Assembly (NCBI GenBank): GCA_964016885.1
Contig: OZ024740.1
Coordinates: 367,722,001 to 367,786,000, forward strand
DNA: 64,000 nt
Reading direction: 5' to 3'
From: Eledone cirrhosa
Lineage: Eukaryota
The notes under the pieces were generated by a model that did not search any database, had not been told where the DNA came from, and worked only from the letters and a program-made list of their open reading frames with translations. Shown here one piece after another: positions 50,045 to 64,000 of the stretch; positions within the stretch are counted from its first letter, which is position 1, and every line of letters begins with the position of its first letter. Both the position numbers and the translations under genes were made by a program.

Positions 50045-51893
50045 GATGGGCTAATGAATCCGTGCCTGAGGACTGGAGAGATGCAGTAATGGTGGTCTTG
50101 TACAAGGGAAAGGGTAACAGGAATGATTGTGGGAACTACAGAGGTATATCATTGCTTTCTGTCGTGGGGAAAGTTTTATGTAGGGTGCTTCTGGACCGTC
50201 TGCTGACACACATTGCAGATTGTGTCCTTCCTGAAAGTCAATCTGGTTTTCGTGTTGGACGCGGCACTACTGATATGATCTTCTCAGCTAGACAGCTCCA
50301 GGAGAAGTGCATTGAACAGGGCTTGGATCTGTATCAGGTTTTTGTCGATCTGACAAAGGCTTTCGATACTGTCAACAGAGATGCATTATGGAAGGTTCTC
50401 CAGAAACTTGGTTGCCCTGATAAGTTCCTTGCTTTAGTTAGGTCTTTCCATGACGACATGAAGGCTTGGGTTAATGTCGGAGGTAACATGTCGGAGCCTA
50501 TCTCAGTAAAAAATGGAGTGAAACAGGGGGATATTCCAGCACCGACCCTGTTTGCCATATACTTTGCAATGGTTTTCTGTATTGCATTCAGGAATTGCGA
50601 GCATGGTGTTTACATCCGATATCGAACCTCAGGCAGCATATTTAACATCAGGCGCTTTGCTGCGAAGACAAAAGTATTTACATCAGTCATAAGAGACCTC
50701 TTGTATGCAGATGATTGCGATCTTGTAGCACACACAGAGAGTGATATGCAGCACATTTTGAATGTATTTTCTGACGCTTGCACTGCCCTGGGTTTGACTG
50801 TCAGTCTCAAGAAAACCGTCGTCATGTACCAACCTGCACCTGGTAGGCAGTACACTGAACCAAACATCTATGTGTATGGCAAACGACTTGGAGTGGTTGA
50901 TCAGTTTGTCTACCTGGGAAGCACTGTCAATCGATACGGCAACCTTGACAGTGAAATCTCACTTAGGATTAGGAAAGCAAGTGATGCTTTCGGAAAGCTA
51001 GAAAGGCGACTCTGGGGTCGGCGAGACATATGCAGGAGGACAAAGGTAAAGGTGTACAGGGCATGTGTACTCTCTTGTCTTCTTTATGCCTGCGAGACCT
51101 GGGTCACATATCGACGCCACCTTAAGCAATTGGAGCGTTTCCATCAGATGTGTCTCAGACGGATACATGGCGTTCGCTGGAGGGACCACATCAGTGATGT
51201 CGAGATTTTGGAAAGCTCTATGTGTGACAGTATAGAAGCTCTTGTGCTTAAGCAGCGACTCCGTTGGAGTGGTCACCTTGCCAGGATGAAGGATTCTAGA
51301 ATACCAAAACAACTCTTCTATGGAGAGTTGGTTAAAGGAAAACGACCGCCACATAAACCAAAAAAGAGGTATAAGGATTCCTTGAAGGCCTCTCTGAAAG
51401 ACGCTAACATCTCTGCTGATACATGGGAAAATATTGCTGCTGATCGTAATAAATGGAGAAAGACTGTATATGAGGGAAAAGTTGCCTTTGAGGCATCTCG
51501 AATCGCACACGAGAAAGTAAAGCGGGACGTGAGGAAGGGTATTGCTGTTGCACTTCCAGACGGCGAGGGTCCTCCTATGTTTCTGACATGCAGCGTCTGT
51601 GCGAGACTCTGCCTAAGCAAAGCTGGACTCGAAAGTCATCTTCGCAGTCATAAAGTAAGACCAGTGGTTGACTACCAGGCTGCTGTTGGAGATGCTACTC
51701 ATCATGCTTGCCAAACATGTGGTAGAGAATGTAAATCAGCAGGAGGACTCAAGCGACATGCAAAAGTACACGAACTCCAACCACAGCCGACTATTCCCAG
51801 TAAATGTTTTGGTTGCCGACTCTGTGCAAGACATTTTGGATCATTGGCTGGGCTAAAAAGCCACATTCGATCGCAGCACTGTTAGTTGCTATC

Positions 51894-51933
<40 letters not shown>

Positions 51934-52066
51934 GCTTATGTGCGTGCGTGTGTGTGTATATATATATGAATATGTATATTATTATTGTTGTTGTCGTTGT
52001 TATTATTATTGCTATTATTATTATTATTATTATTGTTGTTGTTGTTGTTGTTGTTGTTATTATTAT

Positions 52067-52104
<38 letters not shown>

Positions 52105-52143
52105 TGCAATGGCCATACTCGATAACGAGGGGGCAGCCATCAT
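50045..52143 (+). mobile_element. 5'-truncated RTE-clade (BovB-like) LINE inserted in (TA)n
   Basis: Open RT frame, microsatellite-filled 3'UTR, terminal stem-loop CTCG ataa CGAG. Confidence 0.95.
50062..51885 (+). CDS. RTE reverse transcriptase (N-terminally truncated, no endonuclease) with three C-terminal C2H2 zinc fingers
   Basis: NYRGISLL, ESQSGFR, FVDLTKAFD, GVKQG, LLYADD, FVYLGS, LRWSGHLARM. Fingers CSVC..H..H, CQTC..H..H and CRLC..H...H. Uninterrupted 607 aa. Confidence 0.93.
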   Translation: MPEDWRDAVMVVLYKGKGNRNDCGNYRGISLLSVVGKVLCRVLLDRLLTHIADCVLPESQSGFRVGRGTTDMIFSARQLQEKCIEQGLDLYQVFVDLTKAFDTVNRDALWKVLQKLGCPDKFLALVRSFHDDMKAWVNVGGNMSEPISVKNGVKQGDIPAPTLFAIYFAMVFCIAFRNCEHGVYIRYRTSGSIFNIRRFAAKTKVFTSVIRDLLYADDCDLVAHTESDMQHILNVFSDACTALGLTVSLKKTVVMYQPAPGRQYTEPNIYVYGKRLGVVDQFVYLGSTVNRYGNLDSEISLRIRKASDAFGKLERRLWGRRDICRRTKVKVYRACVLSCLLYACETWVTYRRHLKQLERFHQMCLRRIHGVRWRDHISDVEILESSMCDSIEALVLKQRLRWSGHLARMKDSRIPKQLFYGELVKGKRPPHKPKKRYKDSLKASLKDANISADTWENIAADRNKWRKTVYEGKVAFEASRIAHEKVKRDVRKGIAVALPDGEGPPMFLTCSVCARLCLSKAGLESHLRSHKVRPVVDYQAAVGDATHHACQTCGRECKSAGGLKRHAKVHELQPQPTIPSKCFGCRLCARHFGSLAGLKSHIRSQHC

Positions 52144-52667
52144 GTATATATATATATATATATATGTATATTTATACATATATATATTATATATATATAT
52201 ATATACAGAAGAGAGAGAAAAAAGATAAAGAAAGAGAGAGAAAAAAGATAGAAACATAGAGGGATACGCAGATAGAGATAATAGATAGATAGAGGGAGAG
52301 AGAGAAAAACAGTGAGAGAGAGAAAACAATGAGAGAGAGAGGCTGAGGGAGGAGATGTGAATACTTATGTGTTAGTGTTTGTGTTTGGCCCAATTATATT
52401 TCATACTGGTGTTCTTATTTTTGTTGTTTTAGAGTCTTTTCTCTGAAACATTGATCTATATTTTCTGATGAGTTTTTCTTTTATAGCATAATACATTTAA
52501 ATATGTCATTCTTCTCAGCAATTTATTTATATTGTGAATGTTCTCCTAAAATGCGTTGTGACTGGGAGAATCATTACGCTCCTGGCGTTTTTGGTATTAT
52601 TTTATGTATCATAAATACACACGCACACACATACACAGATGCGCACTCACACACGCACGCGCATACG

Positions 52668-52762
<95 letters not shown>

Positions 52763-52980
52763 GAAAAGTATAAAAATTATTGTGAGCATGAAGCCAACAG
52801 TATTCCATAATATATAAGTGACTATAGCGTCATAATGGAAAAATAGTTAACGTAAGATGTGGGAAAATAATTCAAACTCAATTCAAAAAGAATCAGGATA
52901 TACATTCATCCACAGAATTATATACATATATTATCCTTATCGTGCCCTCTTTGGATTTTAGTCTTCACATTTATTATTAT

Positions 52981-53079
<99 letters not shown>

Positions 53080-53165
53080 GTAGGAGGTGAGTTTTATTGT
53101 AGTACAATAAAGCAATGCAGATATCGGATAAGAAGAACTCTACAGTTTGTGGGACTGGAGTATAC

Positions 53166-54249
53166 ATAATATATAAGAACAAAAGATGGTTAAAGGAGTT
53201 CCATGTATTTTATTATGCGCATTTCAAAAACAAATATCATCATGCAATAATATTTGTGTTTTCATCAGATAAAACAGGAGGACATGATATGAAGGCTAAA
53301 AAACACTTGTGGATAGTTCAGTTTTAAATCAACATATGAGAAGTAGTTTTAGATTGATGTGTGATATTGGGAAAAATATTTTATTTAGAGGGGGGGATGA
53401 AAAAAAGAGGAGGAGATGAGAGTGAAGGTGGGGAGGGAGGAGTATAGTGAGGAAGGATGAGATAGGAGGAGAGATGGGTGATAGAGAGAGAGAGATAGTT
53501 TTTATAACTGAGAAAGATATATTGTTTTACATAGAGAGGTTGAAAACCGTTGGAAGATAATGTATAAATTAAAAGAATTTGAAAATTAACGAAGAGAAAA
53601 AGAGAAAAATGTGTGCGAAGAAAGAGAAGGAGTTAATATGTATTGAGAATAATGAGTTAGATGATAGGGAGAAAGGATTAATGAATTGCGCGTGAATATT
53701 CTAACGTCAAAAAAAAAATGAATATGTTTACGAAGGATTTTTATAAGGTGATATAGAGTAAGAATGTGTTGTATTATGTAATAATTGATTCTATGTTCTC
53801 TTTCTTCGCACACATTTTTCTCTTTTTCTCTTCGTTAATTTTCAAATTCTTTTAATTTATACATTATCTTCCAACGGTTTTCAACCTCTCTATGTAAAAC
53901 AATATATCTTTCTCAGTTATAAAAACTATCTCTCTCTCTCTATCACCCATCTCTCCTCCTATCTCATCCTTCCTCACTATACTCCTCCCTCTCCACCTTC
54001 ACTCTCATCTCCTCCTCTTTTTTTCATCCCCCCCCTCTAAATAAAATATTTTTCCCAATATCACACATCAATCTACAACTACTTCTCATATGTTGATTTA
54101 AAACTGAACTATCCACCAGTGTTTTTTAGCCTTCATATCATGTCCTCCTATTTTATCTGATGAAAACACAAATATTATTGCATGATGATATTTGTTTTTG
54201 AAATGCGCATATTAAAATACATGGAAGTCCTTTAACCATCTTTTGTTCT

Positions 54250-54259
<10 letters not shown>
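53166..54259. repeat. Long inverted repeat: arms ~463 bp (53166-53628 / 53796-54259), 167-bp spacer, pLTR-like, between (TA)n tracts
   Basis: Arms are reverse complements with about six mismatches by eye. Confidence 0.97.
53208..53274 (-). ncRNA. Minimal type I hammerhead ribozyme, intact (mirror copy 54149-54219 on plus has one stem I mismatch)
   Basis: TTTTAT-CTGATGA-AAACACAAATATTATT gcat GATGATATTTGTTTTT-GAAA-TGCGCA-TA-ATAAAA. Confidence 0.9.
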
Positions 54260-54281
<22 letters not shown>

Positions 54282-54306
54282 TACATATATATATATATAT
54301 AGATAG

Positions 54307-54387
<81 letters not shown>

Positions 54388-56105
54388 TATAAAATATATT
54401 TATGGATGTATGTATGTAAAGATACAAATGCCTAACGTCAGATAGAAGTGCTTTCCAAGTTTTGTAAATTATACACATTTCCATGCAACCCAAATATGCC
54501 AAGTAGTGAAAGAAACTATCCGTTAACTGAAGCCATTCCTGTAAATATCAGAATAAACTTGTCCTTATAGTATATGTATATAGCCAATTAACTTGTTGAA
54601 TATATATACGTGCCTGGTGTTGAAACATGCTTGATGTTTCAGGAATATTCCATTGTTTTTGTTAATTTTTGGATTTTTTGTATATACTTAGATCTGCTCA
54701 GACTTTATTAATTCTCAACAGTTCATCCTTTTCATAAATTAATGGGAGATTTGATATTGAGAACATTCTATGGATAGTCACAATTAACTAAATGTTAAAC
54801 GTTTGCTCATCTAGAAAATTCATAATCATAAGAATTAAAATAGGATGAAAAGCTGGTTAACAAAATTATATTTGTCAGAAAGCCAATGCTCTTCATATAT
54901 ATTCAATGTACCTATTTTCATTAGAAGCAGGTATATAGCTGCTAACGTTTTAGGGTTAGCTGGTTAATGCATACATGGAAATCAGCTGGATGTTTTATAG
55001 TGAACAATCTTGTACTTATCGTGATGAAGAGGAATAACTATAAAGTTGTTTTACATGACAGTAACGAAATGCTGAAAAAAAAAGCTGAAACGCCAGTTTG
55101 TAGAAAATACCAGCATATATATTTTAACCTGAACTATTTCGTTTTAGTACCGTACTTAGAAACGAATCATTTGGTGTTTTGTGGGACATTGAAATTGTAA
55201 TATATTTAGTTTCTGTTTAACTGACTGTTTCTAACAGAACATTCAGAGGCATGATATAACTGTAAAAGTAACTAAAACATGTTTTATAAAACTGGGTTTT
55301 AATGAATATCTGATCTGGTCAAAATTCATATATATTGTTTATAGAAAATGTAAGAATACCAAACTCAGGTAAGTCTGTAACAATAGTCGATTGCTATGAA
55401 TGAAAAGTTCGAAAATCACATTATTTAAACTAAAGGTTGAAAAAAAAAGCGATCAGAAATCGCCGCCTCAAAGAATGCAACAACGTATCAGTCTAATTCC
55501 GCTCGAAGGCTCTAATCGTTTAGATAAATAACTTCTGACACACATTCCTTGAAGCTACGTGTGAGCATATTGGATGTAAAAACAAAAAAAAGACCCACCC
55601 CTACAATAAAAAAAAGAAGAAAAAACCTATCGAATATTGGTTGATATGGAATTCTTCTTAGAAAATATAGAAATCACAAACGCAGGAAATACGGAAAGAT
55701 CAGACAATTGCTCGAAATAATATTCTAGAAAACCGGATAAAATGCCCCAAGGATCGGGAACATTGGCAGTTGCCGCTAAGAAATATCGAATTCCATATTC
55801 CTCGAAAAACGGACTAATATATAGAATATTATGTATTTACTTGCACTATATCTGGTTATAGCCTTTTGTATACCAGCCTATAATGAAACTGTGCACAAAA
55901 TAAAATAAAATATAAATACAACATAAATTCAAAATACAGTAAGCTTATCTGTTGGGTGAACAAGTCAGGTAACTTAGAATGCGAATCTGTAACGAAAACA
56001 AGGCTTATTCATTATTGTCCTCTCTCTGTCTCTGTATCTTCCTTTCTTCCTTTCCTTCCATTTTTATTTGTTTCTTTATATATTTCTCTTTCGCTCGGTC
56101 TACCT

Positions 56106-56265
<160 letters not shown>

Positions 56266-56757
56266 ATATATATATATATATATTTGTGAGTGTATTGGCT
56301 CATGCGTTACTGTGTGTGCCAGTGTGTGTGCTGATATTTGTGCATTACAGAACACGTTTCTTATTATTGCGATTATATCTAAATATGTTTTCTAAATTAG
56401 CGTGTATGTGATTGTGTCACTAAATTTATATATTCATATTTGCATATATATATGTTTAGATTTACAGCGTATATAATATTTCCATATATATCGTTCGTTC
56501 TACTTATAGCTGAAATATAATGTAACAATTCTGCAAAATTAGCCATATGATATCTTATTGCTTTTGCATCAACAAGTCATTCATAACAAAGCTGTTCAGT
56601 CGGAATTTTGGTGAAACACATATTTACAGTGACATTTATGGAGATGGATACACACTACTTTGGTATTGTAACTGAGATGTTGGCGCCACTCTAATCCTTC
56701 AATTTATTAAGAAATATTAAATGCCTTATATTCTAATATTGCAGCAGCAGCAGAACC

Positions 56758-56815
<58 letters not shown>

Positions 56816-57358
56816 AGATATCTTCTGAAATGCACAGTATTTTGGATACAAAATAAATATAAATTTCTCCTTACCTATCATTCTCATAAAAAAATTCTGA
56901 TATAAAACAATGTGTAAACCATAGAGAATATTTGATTCAGTCTGATCCATGATTATTCAATCCCCTAGAAACAGCAGTAATTCTTATCTTAGAATTTATC
57001 GATTTTAATCAATGAATGATGCATTAATCAACGTAGTACTCGATACACAATTCCTGAAAAAATCGCATGGGCCATGCTCATTGAACATTTTTGAATAATC
57101 TATCAATTTTTTATACCATTTCTTATGATATTAATCAATTAATTTTAATTTTATATAATAATTCGGTTTACGTAGAGCACTTATAATGGGGTAAATAACA
57201 AACTGGTAATTTCCGGTTTCCCCCACAAATAGATGGATATTCTAGCCGCATTGAAACGTCCGTACTAATGTATGAATAAATAATAATGATAACTGAAGTT
57301 TTCTCGAATTTTGAATTATATATACACACACATACACAAACAAAAACACACACATAAG

Positions 57359-57429
<71 letters not shown>

Positions 57430-57440
57430 ACATATACACC

Positions 57441-57498
<58 letters not shown>

Positions 57499-59464
57499 AA
57501 CACATACACACATATATATACGTGTGTATGCATGTGTGTGTCTGTCTGTGTGTGTGTATATATATATATTTAATCTATTAGAATAAGGAACACCTTTCCT
57601 TTCATACATATTATAATGAACACACGGCTGTATTCCAGTATAATATTGAAAAAAAAATGTTTTTCCTATTCCATTATTATTTTCTATACTTTGTTTGAAA
57701 CACTAGCTTTCTTAAATCCACGTATCTCCTAAAGTTTCGTCGCCCTCAGTCCTCTATCTTAGGAATCAGCATGGTTACGCTTCTGATGCATTGGTCAAAT
57801 CTTGGCTTCGTTATTTCTTGCCTGTAAAATGTAGGAGACGCTGGAAGGTTGATTCGCGAATTAATCTATATTATCAAGTATTAAAAAGCATTTTATTTTT
57901 CTTACTGTTATTCCTTTCGTGAAATTCAGTTTACAAAGTTTTATAAATAATATAGAAATATTAGTTTATATATTTCTACATACAATTATATTTTTGATTA
58001 AAATAAGTTTATATGATTATTTAAAATCACCTTATATTGGCTTTTGCAGTCATTGGAAAGTTTTCAGAAAGTACATGAACCAAAGTTCTTATCAAACACC
58101 TGTCAAGGCATATTAATAATTATTAATTGATTTCCCGAGCGTATTTTCTATGAAGACTTTCTGACACTTGTTTTCATTATTCTTCGAACTTACAAGTTTC
58201 TATTCACAGTATAGAGACCGAATGTACCAGAATGTTCATCTGTTTATGAAAGTGTTCATTATACGCATGTGCTTATATAATAGAAACACTATTATCCTGT
58301 TCCTCATATCACGTAGAGAATGTGCTATTCCTATCGATCCGAATGACGTTCACGAGTTATCTGATTGTTGTTGAAGTTGAAGTACATCACATAATATTCT
58401 TGGAAAACAGTTTGTATTAACAAATCGTCTTCTATCTCTTCAAGCACTATATTATCAGTCTGTCTTTCTCTTTAATGTAAATTTGCCAGAACGAGCTGGA
58501 AATAAACTTCTGAATGTATATTTATAAATTACGATTTAGTGACCTCAAATTGAATTACTGTATATTCGGGTAAGGAAGAAAATTATAGTTTTATCATTCA
58601 ACGTCCATCTTTTAGCCTCCTATAACTTGATAGTATGGAAATAATCCCTGTGTAATTACTTTTATAAAGCATGTAGTTTTCGATTATACAAATTACTTTA
58701 ATTTAACATATATCAGCTGTCTATACTTAACTGCATGTTAATTGAATGTTAACTGTATAATTTATAGATGTTCTTATTATCACCTCAATATCCATGTCTC
58801 CATGTAAAGTAACCATATTGACTTATATTAATAGAACTAATTCTGGTTCAAATTACACGCGGAGTAATATTCTAACTTGAAAAAAACGAATCGTATTTAA
58901 TGGAAGCATTCAGCACCGAACCTTGTCAGTATTACATGTTGCACTTGAACTGCAAACAAATAAACCATACGACTCACAGCTGATATCATACGAAATTTAG
59001 AATCGTGTCTCATTGACGTATCACAGCCTAGACTAACTGTAGCACTCTTCAACTTCAACTTCAATATTTGAACTGTCCAATCGATACCATTCTGACTAAA
59101 GATACCACTCCAATTAGATGACAGTCGATCAACATGAAATATTTTTCTGAGAATTCTTAATTACTTCGTCTAAACTCCCAGTACACGAATATAAATGAAT
59201 ATCTCTTTGTTAATGATATAGTTGAATATAGCTTCTTGCAGACACCATTACTGGTAGTTTTAAACACAAATATAGATAGAATGTTTCGTGCTCAGAATAT
59301 TGATGTTTGATTAACTAAGATATTTTCCTCCGTCAATGACTTCCTAATAAACAAAGTTCTAGATTTCGCTCATGCAATTTACATTTACGAGGAGTTGGTT
59401 GGACTAATAATTTATATATTCAATTATTAATGATTTGTATCCATTTTAAAAACATCATGCATAT

Positions 59465-60156
59465 CCTGTCTCACTCGCTTTACGCGTTTTAATTGTCCTA
59501 ATAACTTAATTTAGTTATTATTGCACCGACGTGAGGTATATGATTTTTAATGCAATGAAATATCTATGATCGTCGGCAAATCACTGATGAGGGACTTATT
59601 TTATTACATGTTATCCATGTGCTACCAGCAGTATTTTTCTCCCCATTTTATCACCTAAACTGCGATTCTGTTTTTTTCTCTCTCTCTCTCTTACTGCTCC
59701 CCCATTCTCTCTGTTTCTCCTACTTTCTTTCGCCCCCTCTGTCATGTCAGTTAACTCTTCCTCACACTTCCACTCACTCACTCACTGTTTCTCCTCTCCT
59801 CACTTCACCCCGTTCGCAGCGAAAGCAATTTCTCTCTTTCTTACATTGCATTCGTTCGGGAAAGGTCTTTTTTCTAAGCGCTCATATATTCACCTAGCTT
59901 ACGCTAACAGAATAACTATGAAGCTTGTTTCCTTCCTCTACAGTTAGCTCTACTCTTTGTTGTTTTCCTGTCTCACTCACTTTACGCGTTTTAATTGTCC
60001 TAATAACTTAATTTAGTTATTATTGCACCGACGTGAGGTATATGATTTTTAATGCAATGAAATATCTATGATCGTCGGCAAATCACTGATGAGGGACTTA
60101 TTTCATTACATGTTATCCATGTGCTACCAGCAGTATTTTTCTCCCCATTTTATCAC
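59465..60156 (+). repeat. ~1.4 units (502-bp period) of the same permuted-hammerhead repeat; motifs at 59526-59595 and 60028-60097
   Basis: High identity to the 27141-29465 unit. The same 3' end abuts (TA)n. Confidence 0.93.
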
Positions 60157-60735
60157 ATATATATATATATATTTATATATATATATATATATATATACAT
60201 TTATGTTTATCTGCCAATTATTTCGAATACAATATTGGTGCTTTCCAGGTACACAATTAAGATATGCCACTTCGCATATAGAAATACAAAATTCCAAGCA
60301 ATGTTGAGTATATGATACATTGCTGTCAATAAATTATAGAATATTATTTAATTACATTGAATAACGGGAGAAGTAATATTTTTTATAAAGATATTCATGA
60401 CATTGATAATTATTAAAAAAAAAAGTATAATGAAATTAATTATAAATGTAATCACGCGCATACGTATATAGACTATACATTTACACACACACACACACAC
60501 ACACTCAAAATATGTCAACATGAATGGACCTGTTATTTTTATCTGAAGGCATTTTTACCAATAATTCCCGCCTGTCCCCTCAATCTATCTTAATTCTCAT
60601 TCTTTCCTTTGGTGAAGGATTAGAGTCCGAATGGTTAGGCCCTCTTCTTGCTATATCAAGCGTTAACCTAATATATCCCTTCTATATTCTGTACCGATTG
60701 TGTAGTTAATTCTGTTTACCTTTTACATACCTACA

Positions 60736-61054
<319 letters not shown>

Positions 61055-61085
61055 ATCACAACTCGTGCGTCACACCTATATATTT

Positions 61086-61131
<46 letters not shown>

Positions 61132-62419
61132 GCATACATACATAGATATATACATATATATATATATGTACACATATATTCCACTCGATATTTGCCGCAT
61201 ATGTCTGAAACGGATTTCGTATTCACGTTGATCAATAATTGAGTATAATTTGATTAATTAACATACACTCAAGCCGTTATGATTTATATGCTGAGTGAAA
61301 TTACATCCCGTCAGATGCTCCTTGTTTCACATCATAGCTCGCCTAAATAACCTTCTTGCTTGGTTGGAACTAGATAAGACATGGACACACAACTAATTAG
61401 GCGCTTCAATTTACGTTGAAACATGAATGTCAATAACTTAAAATCTTCTAAGATTTATGAATGTTTATGAACTTGTAACCCCATACGATTTATAGGATGA
61501 AACACCCCATCCCCTCAATGACCGACGGGCGTAAAATAAAGCCGATAACTACAAGATAACAAATGCATAATAGCTAACATCCTGTAACACATAATTTTGT
61601 TAGAATACTAGTATCCATAATTGTCAAGTGTATGAAAAAAGTTAAATGATCTTCAATGTAATCTTATAGATATTGTAGGATAGCTAAATATCAGAGTTGA
61701 GATATATATGGCCCTTTTATTCAATTTTCAGCTCAATAATATATCGCTTGTAAATAGCTCCTTAATAGCTAAGATTAAATATAGACTCCAAAAAATGTTT
61801 GAAACACACATTCTTTTTAAATGTCAATAAACGTATAAGAGGTTGCACCAGTTACTGTCGATCATTTATTGGGAAACAACTTTAGGTAGGCTGTTGTCAG
61901 AGAAAAATCAATCAAAGATTCTACTAGCATGTCCCGACTTTCAATCACCTTTAAATGAAATGAAGTCCTCGGGCACCATATATGAACTCTAAAAAAACAA
62001 CAAAAGATGTTCCGAAACTATATATCAACAGACAAACGGGTGGTGTATTGCAAAGATGACAAAAAACTTTGCTGGAAACAGACACGTAAATCTAAACACA
62101 ACGTAGCTAGATAGAAAATCTCACGCTTATAATAAAGTTACAATAAATCAGTCACTGATATATAAAATGACACAGCATTGTTACGCATGGCTTATTCCAA
62201 TTAATATAACACTAACTTCACATAACATTCATTCTAGGAAATGAACGAATCAATTCAAACACACATCTCCTTACACGAAACCAGTTTTTAAGAAGCTGTG
62301 AGGCTTATCCCAATTCTCTAACCACGAATATATATATAACTTTCTGAATATCATCTGTCCTCCTCTTCCATTCCTACGATTTAATGTGAATATCACTAAA
62401 TATTCTGTACATGATGGCA

Positions 62420-62484
<65 letters not shown>

Positions 62485-62511
62485 ATAACACATACGCACT
62501 CACACACTAAA

Positions 62512-62548
<37 letters not shown>

Positions 62549-62634
62549 CACATATATATATATATACACATATATATATATATATATATACACATATATA
62601 TATATATACACATATATATATATATACATATATG

Positions 62635-62666
<32 letters not shown>

Positions 62667-62675
62667 CATATATAT

Positions 62676-62725
<50 letters not shown>

Positions 62726-62932
62726 GTACTTGATCTGATTAGCCTCATTTGCATATGGAGCTGTGTAAGTTGGCTCACCTAAAGAGTAGAAATAAAATTT
62801 AGCTCCGATATAGCAGTATACATAGAGGTATATGAATATCGTATATGAAAAGATATCCGGTATGTGTATATATATAAATATACATATATATATGTGTGTG
62901 AGCGTGCGTGTGCGTGTGTGCATATGTGTCTG

Positions 62933-62979
<47 letters not shown>

Positions 62980-62980
<1 letters not shown>

Positions 62981-63383
62981 ACATATAATGTCAGCTAACT
63001 GCGATGACCATCAACATATAAAATGTCGTTGCGTGTTGCTGCCACTGGATAAATGCGTTGCAAAGAAACTTCAAACCGCGCGCCCTGAATATCTTAAAAG
63101 ACACAATTTAGTTCCACCAAGATAACACCCCAGTGAGAAAATTTGCTCCGAACGAAATGCCCGGGTCCGAAGGAACCTGCAGCTGTAGAATCAGCCAGAT
63201 CCATACAATGATCATGTCTCGAGCTACCTGCCGGCGAAACAATTGTAACACGCAATAAACTGTGTCCAGATGCATCGCTGATTTTTCGTTTTTTTATTAT
63301 ATCTAGACTCCGCTCTGTATGAATATTGAATGCTAATTTTGGCATACCGCCTATGGAAGCACCATAGCTACCATTATACACAC

Positions 63384-63385
<2 letters not shown>
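62980..63385 (+). mobile_element. pLTR-like insertion in (TA)n with a hammerhead 3' half
   Basis: GC-GAAA-CAATTG-TA-ACACGC-AATAAA at 63234-63259. No intact CTGANGA found upstream. Confidence 0.4.
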
Positions 63386-63478
<93 letters not shown>

Positions 63479-64000
63479 TAGATAGATATATACATATATA
63501 AACGTGTCTGAGTGCGTGTGATAGTTTAAATTCCATTTTGGTTGTGTAGGTTTTAATATATTTTTGGCATTTCATTGAATTTCTAAATACTTACTTCCAC
63601 TTACTAATATTGCGACAATTCATATAAAAATACATTATTTTGAATGCCCGGTTTGCATCAGCAAAATAGCCAATTAAATGTATTCATCAACATTTTAGTG
63701 AGCGTTTAATTACTGGAGGAAATCCGACTGAAATTTATTTACATTCTTAATTTCCTTTGAGTCAGTACACGTAGAGAACAAATGGGCATGCTCTTTTGTT
63801 GTTTTAGTTGTTTTAGTTGTTCAAACATAGGTATACATGTTAAGTGTAGAGCAAATTTACTAGTGGCATAATGTCTAGTTCCATTCGAACGTGTTCTTCC
63901 TTGTTATGATAGTGTACGTAAACTATTCTTCTGAGGAAGATTTAGTTACTATTTCTAAGAATCAGTCTGGTTTGAAGGGGCTCACTTGCTGATACAGAAT

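Noticed and set aside
51580-51885. Host C2H2 zinc-finger gene
   Set aside because: The fingers are in frame with the RTE RT and followed by the RTE 3' end.
57775-57840. Minus-strand acceptor TTTTACAG with a short possible exon; also a GTAAGG donor near 62274
   Set aside because: Splice-like signals arise by chance at this scale, and there is no recognisable protein.

Overview
Repeat-saturated animal DNA, probably intronic or intergenic. The abundant tRNA-derived SINE family and the extreme (TA)n/(CA)n/(CATA)n load suggest a coleoid cephalopod such as Octopus; this is inference. I found no host gene that I can support. The window holds L1/Tx1-clade LINE pieces (1-2483, 7012-9708), three R4/Dong-type RLE LINEs sitting in (CATA)n, a young 5'-truncated RTE with three C-terminal C2H2 fingers (50045-52143) plus two bipartite non-autonomous RTE derivatives, at least nine tRNA-SINE copies, four Penelope GIY-YIG remnants, a probable non-autonomous Helitron and a TTAA MITE. 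Hammerhead ribozyme (HHR) motifs recur, many in fold-back palindromes inserted in (TA)n. The main finding is in the ~515-bp tandem repeat (27141-29465) and its relatives at 22.1-22.6, 45.5-46.1 and 59.5-60.2 kb. Each unit carries all HHR core motifs in a non-circularly permuted order (UH-stem I, then GAAA, then CUGANGA), and stem III is extended through a covarying kink-turn. This is a candidate rearranged, K-turn-containing hammerhead retrozyme. All calls and structures were made by eye and need computational and biochemical confirmation.
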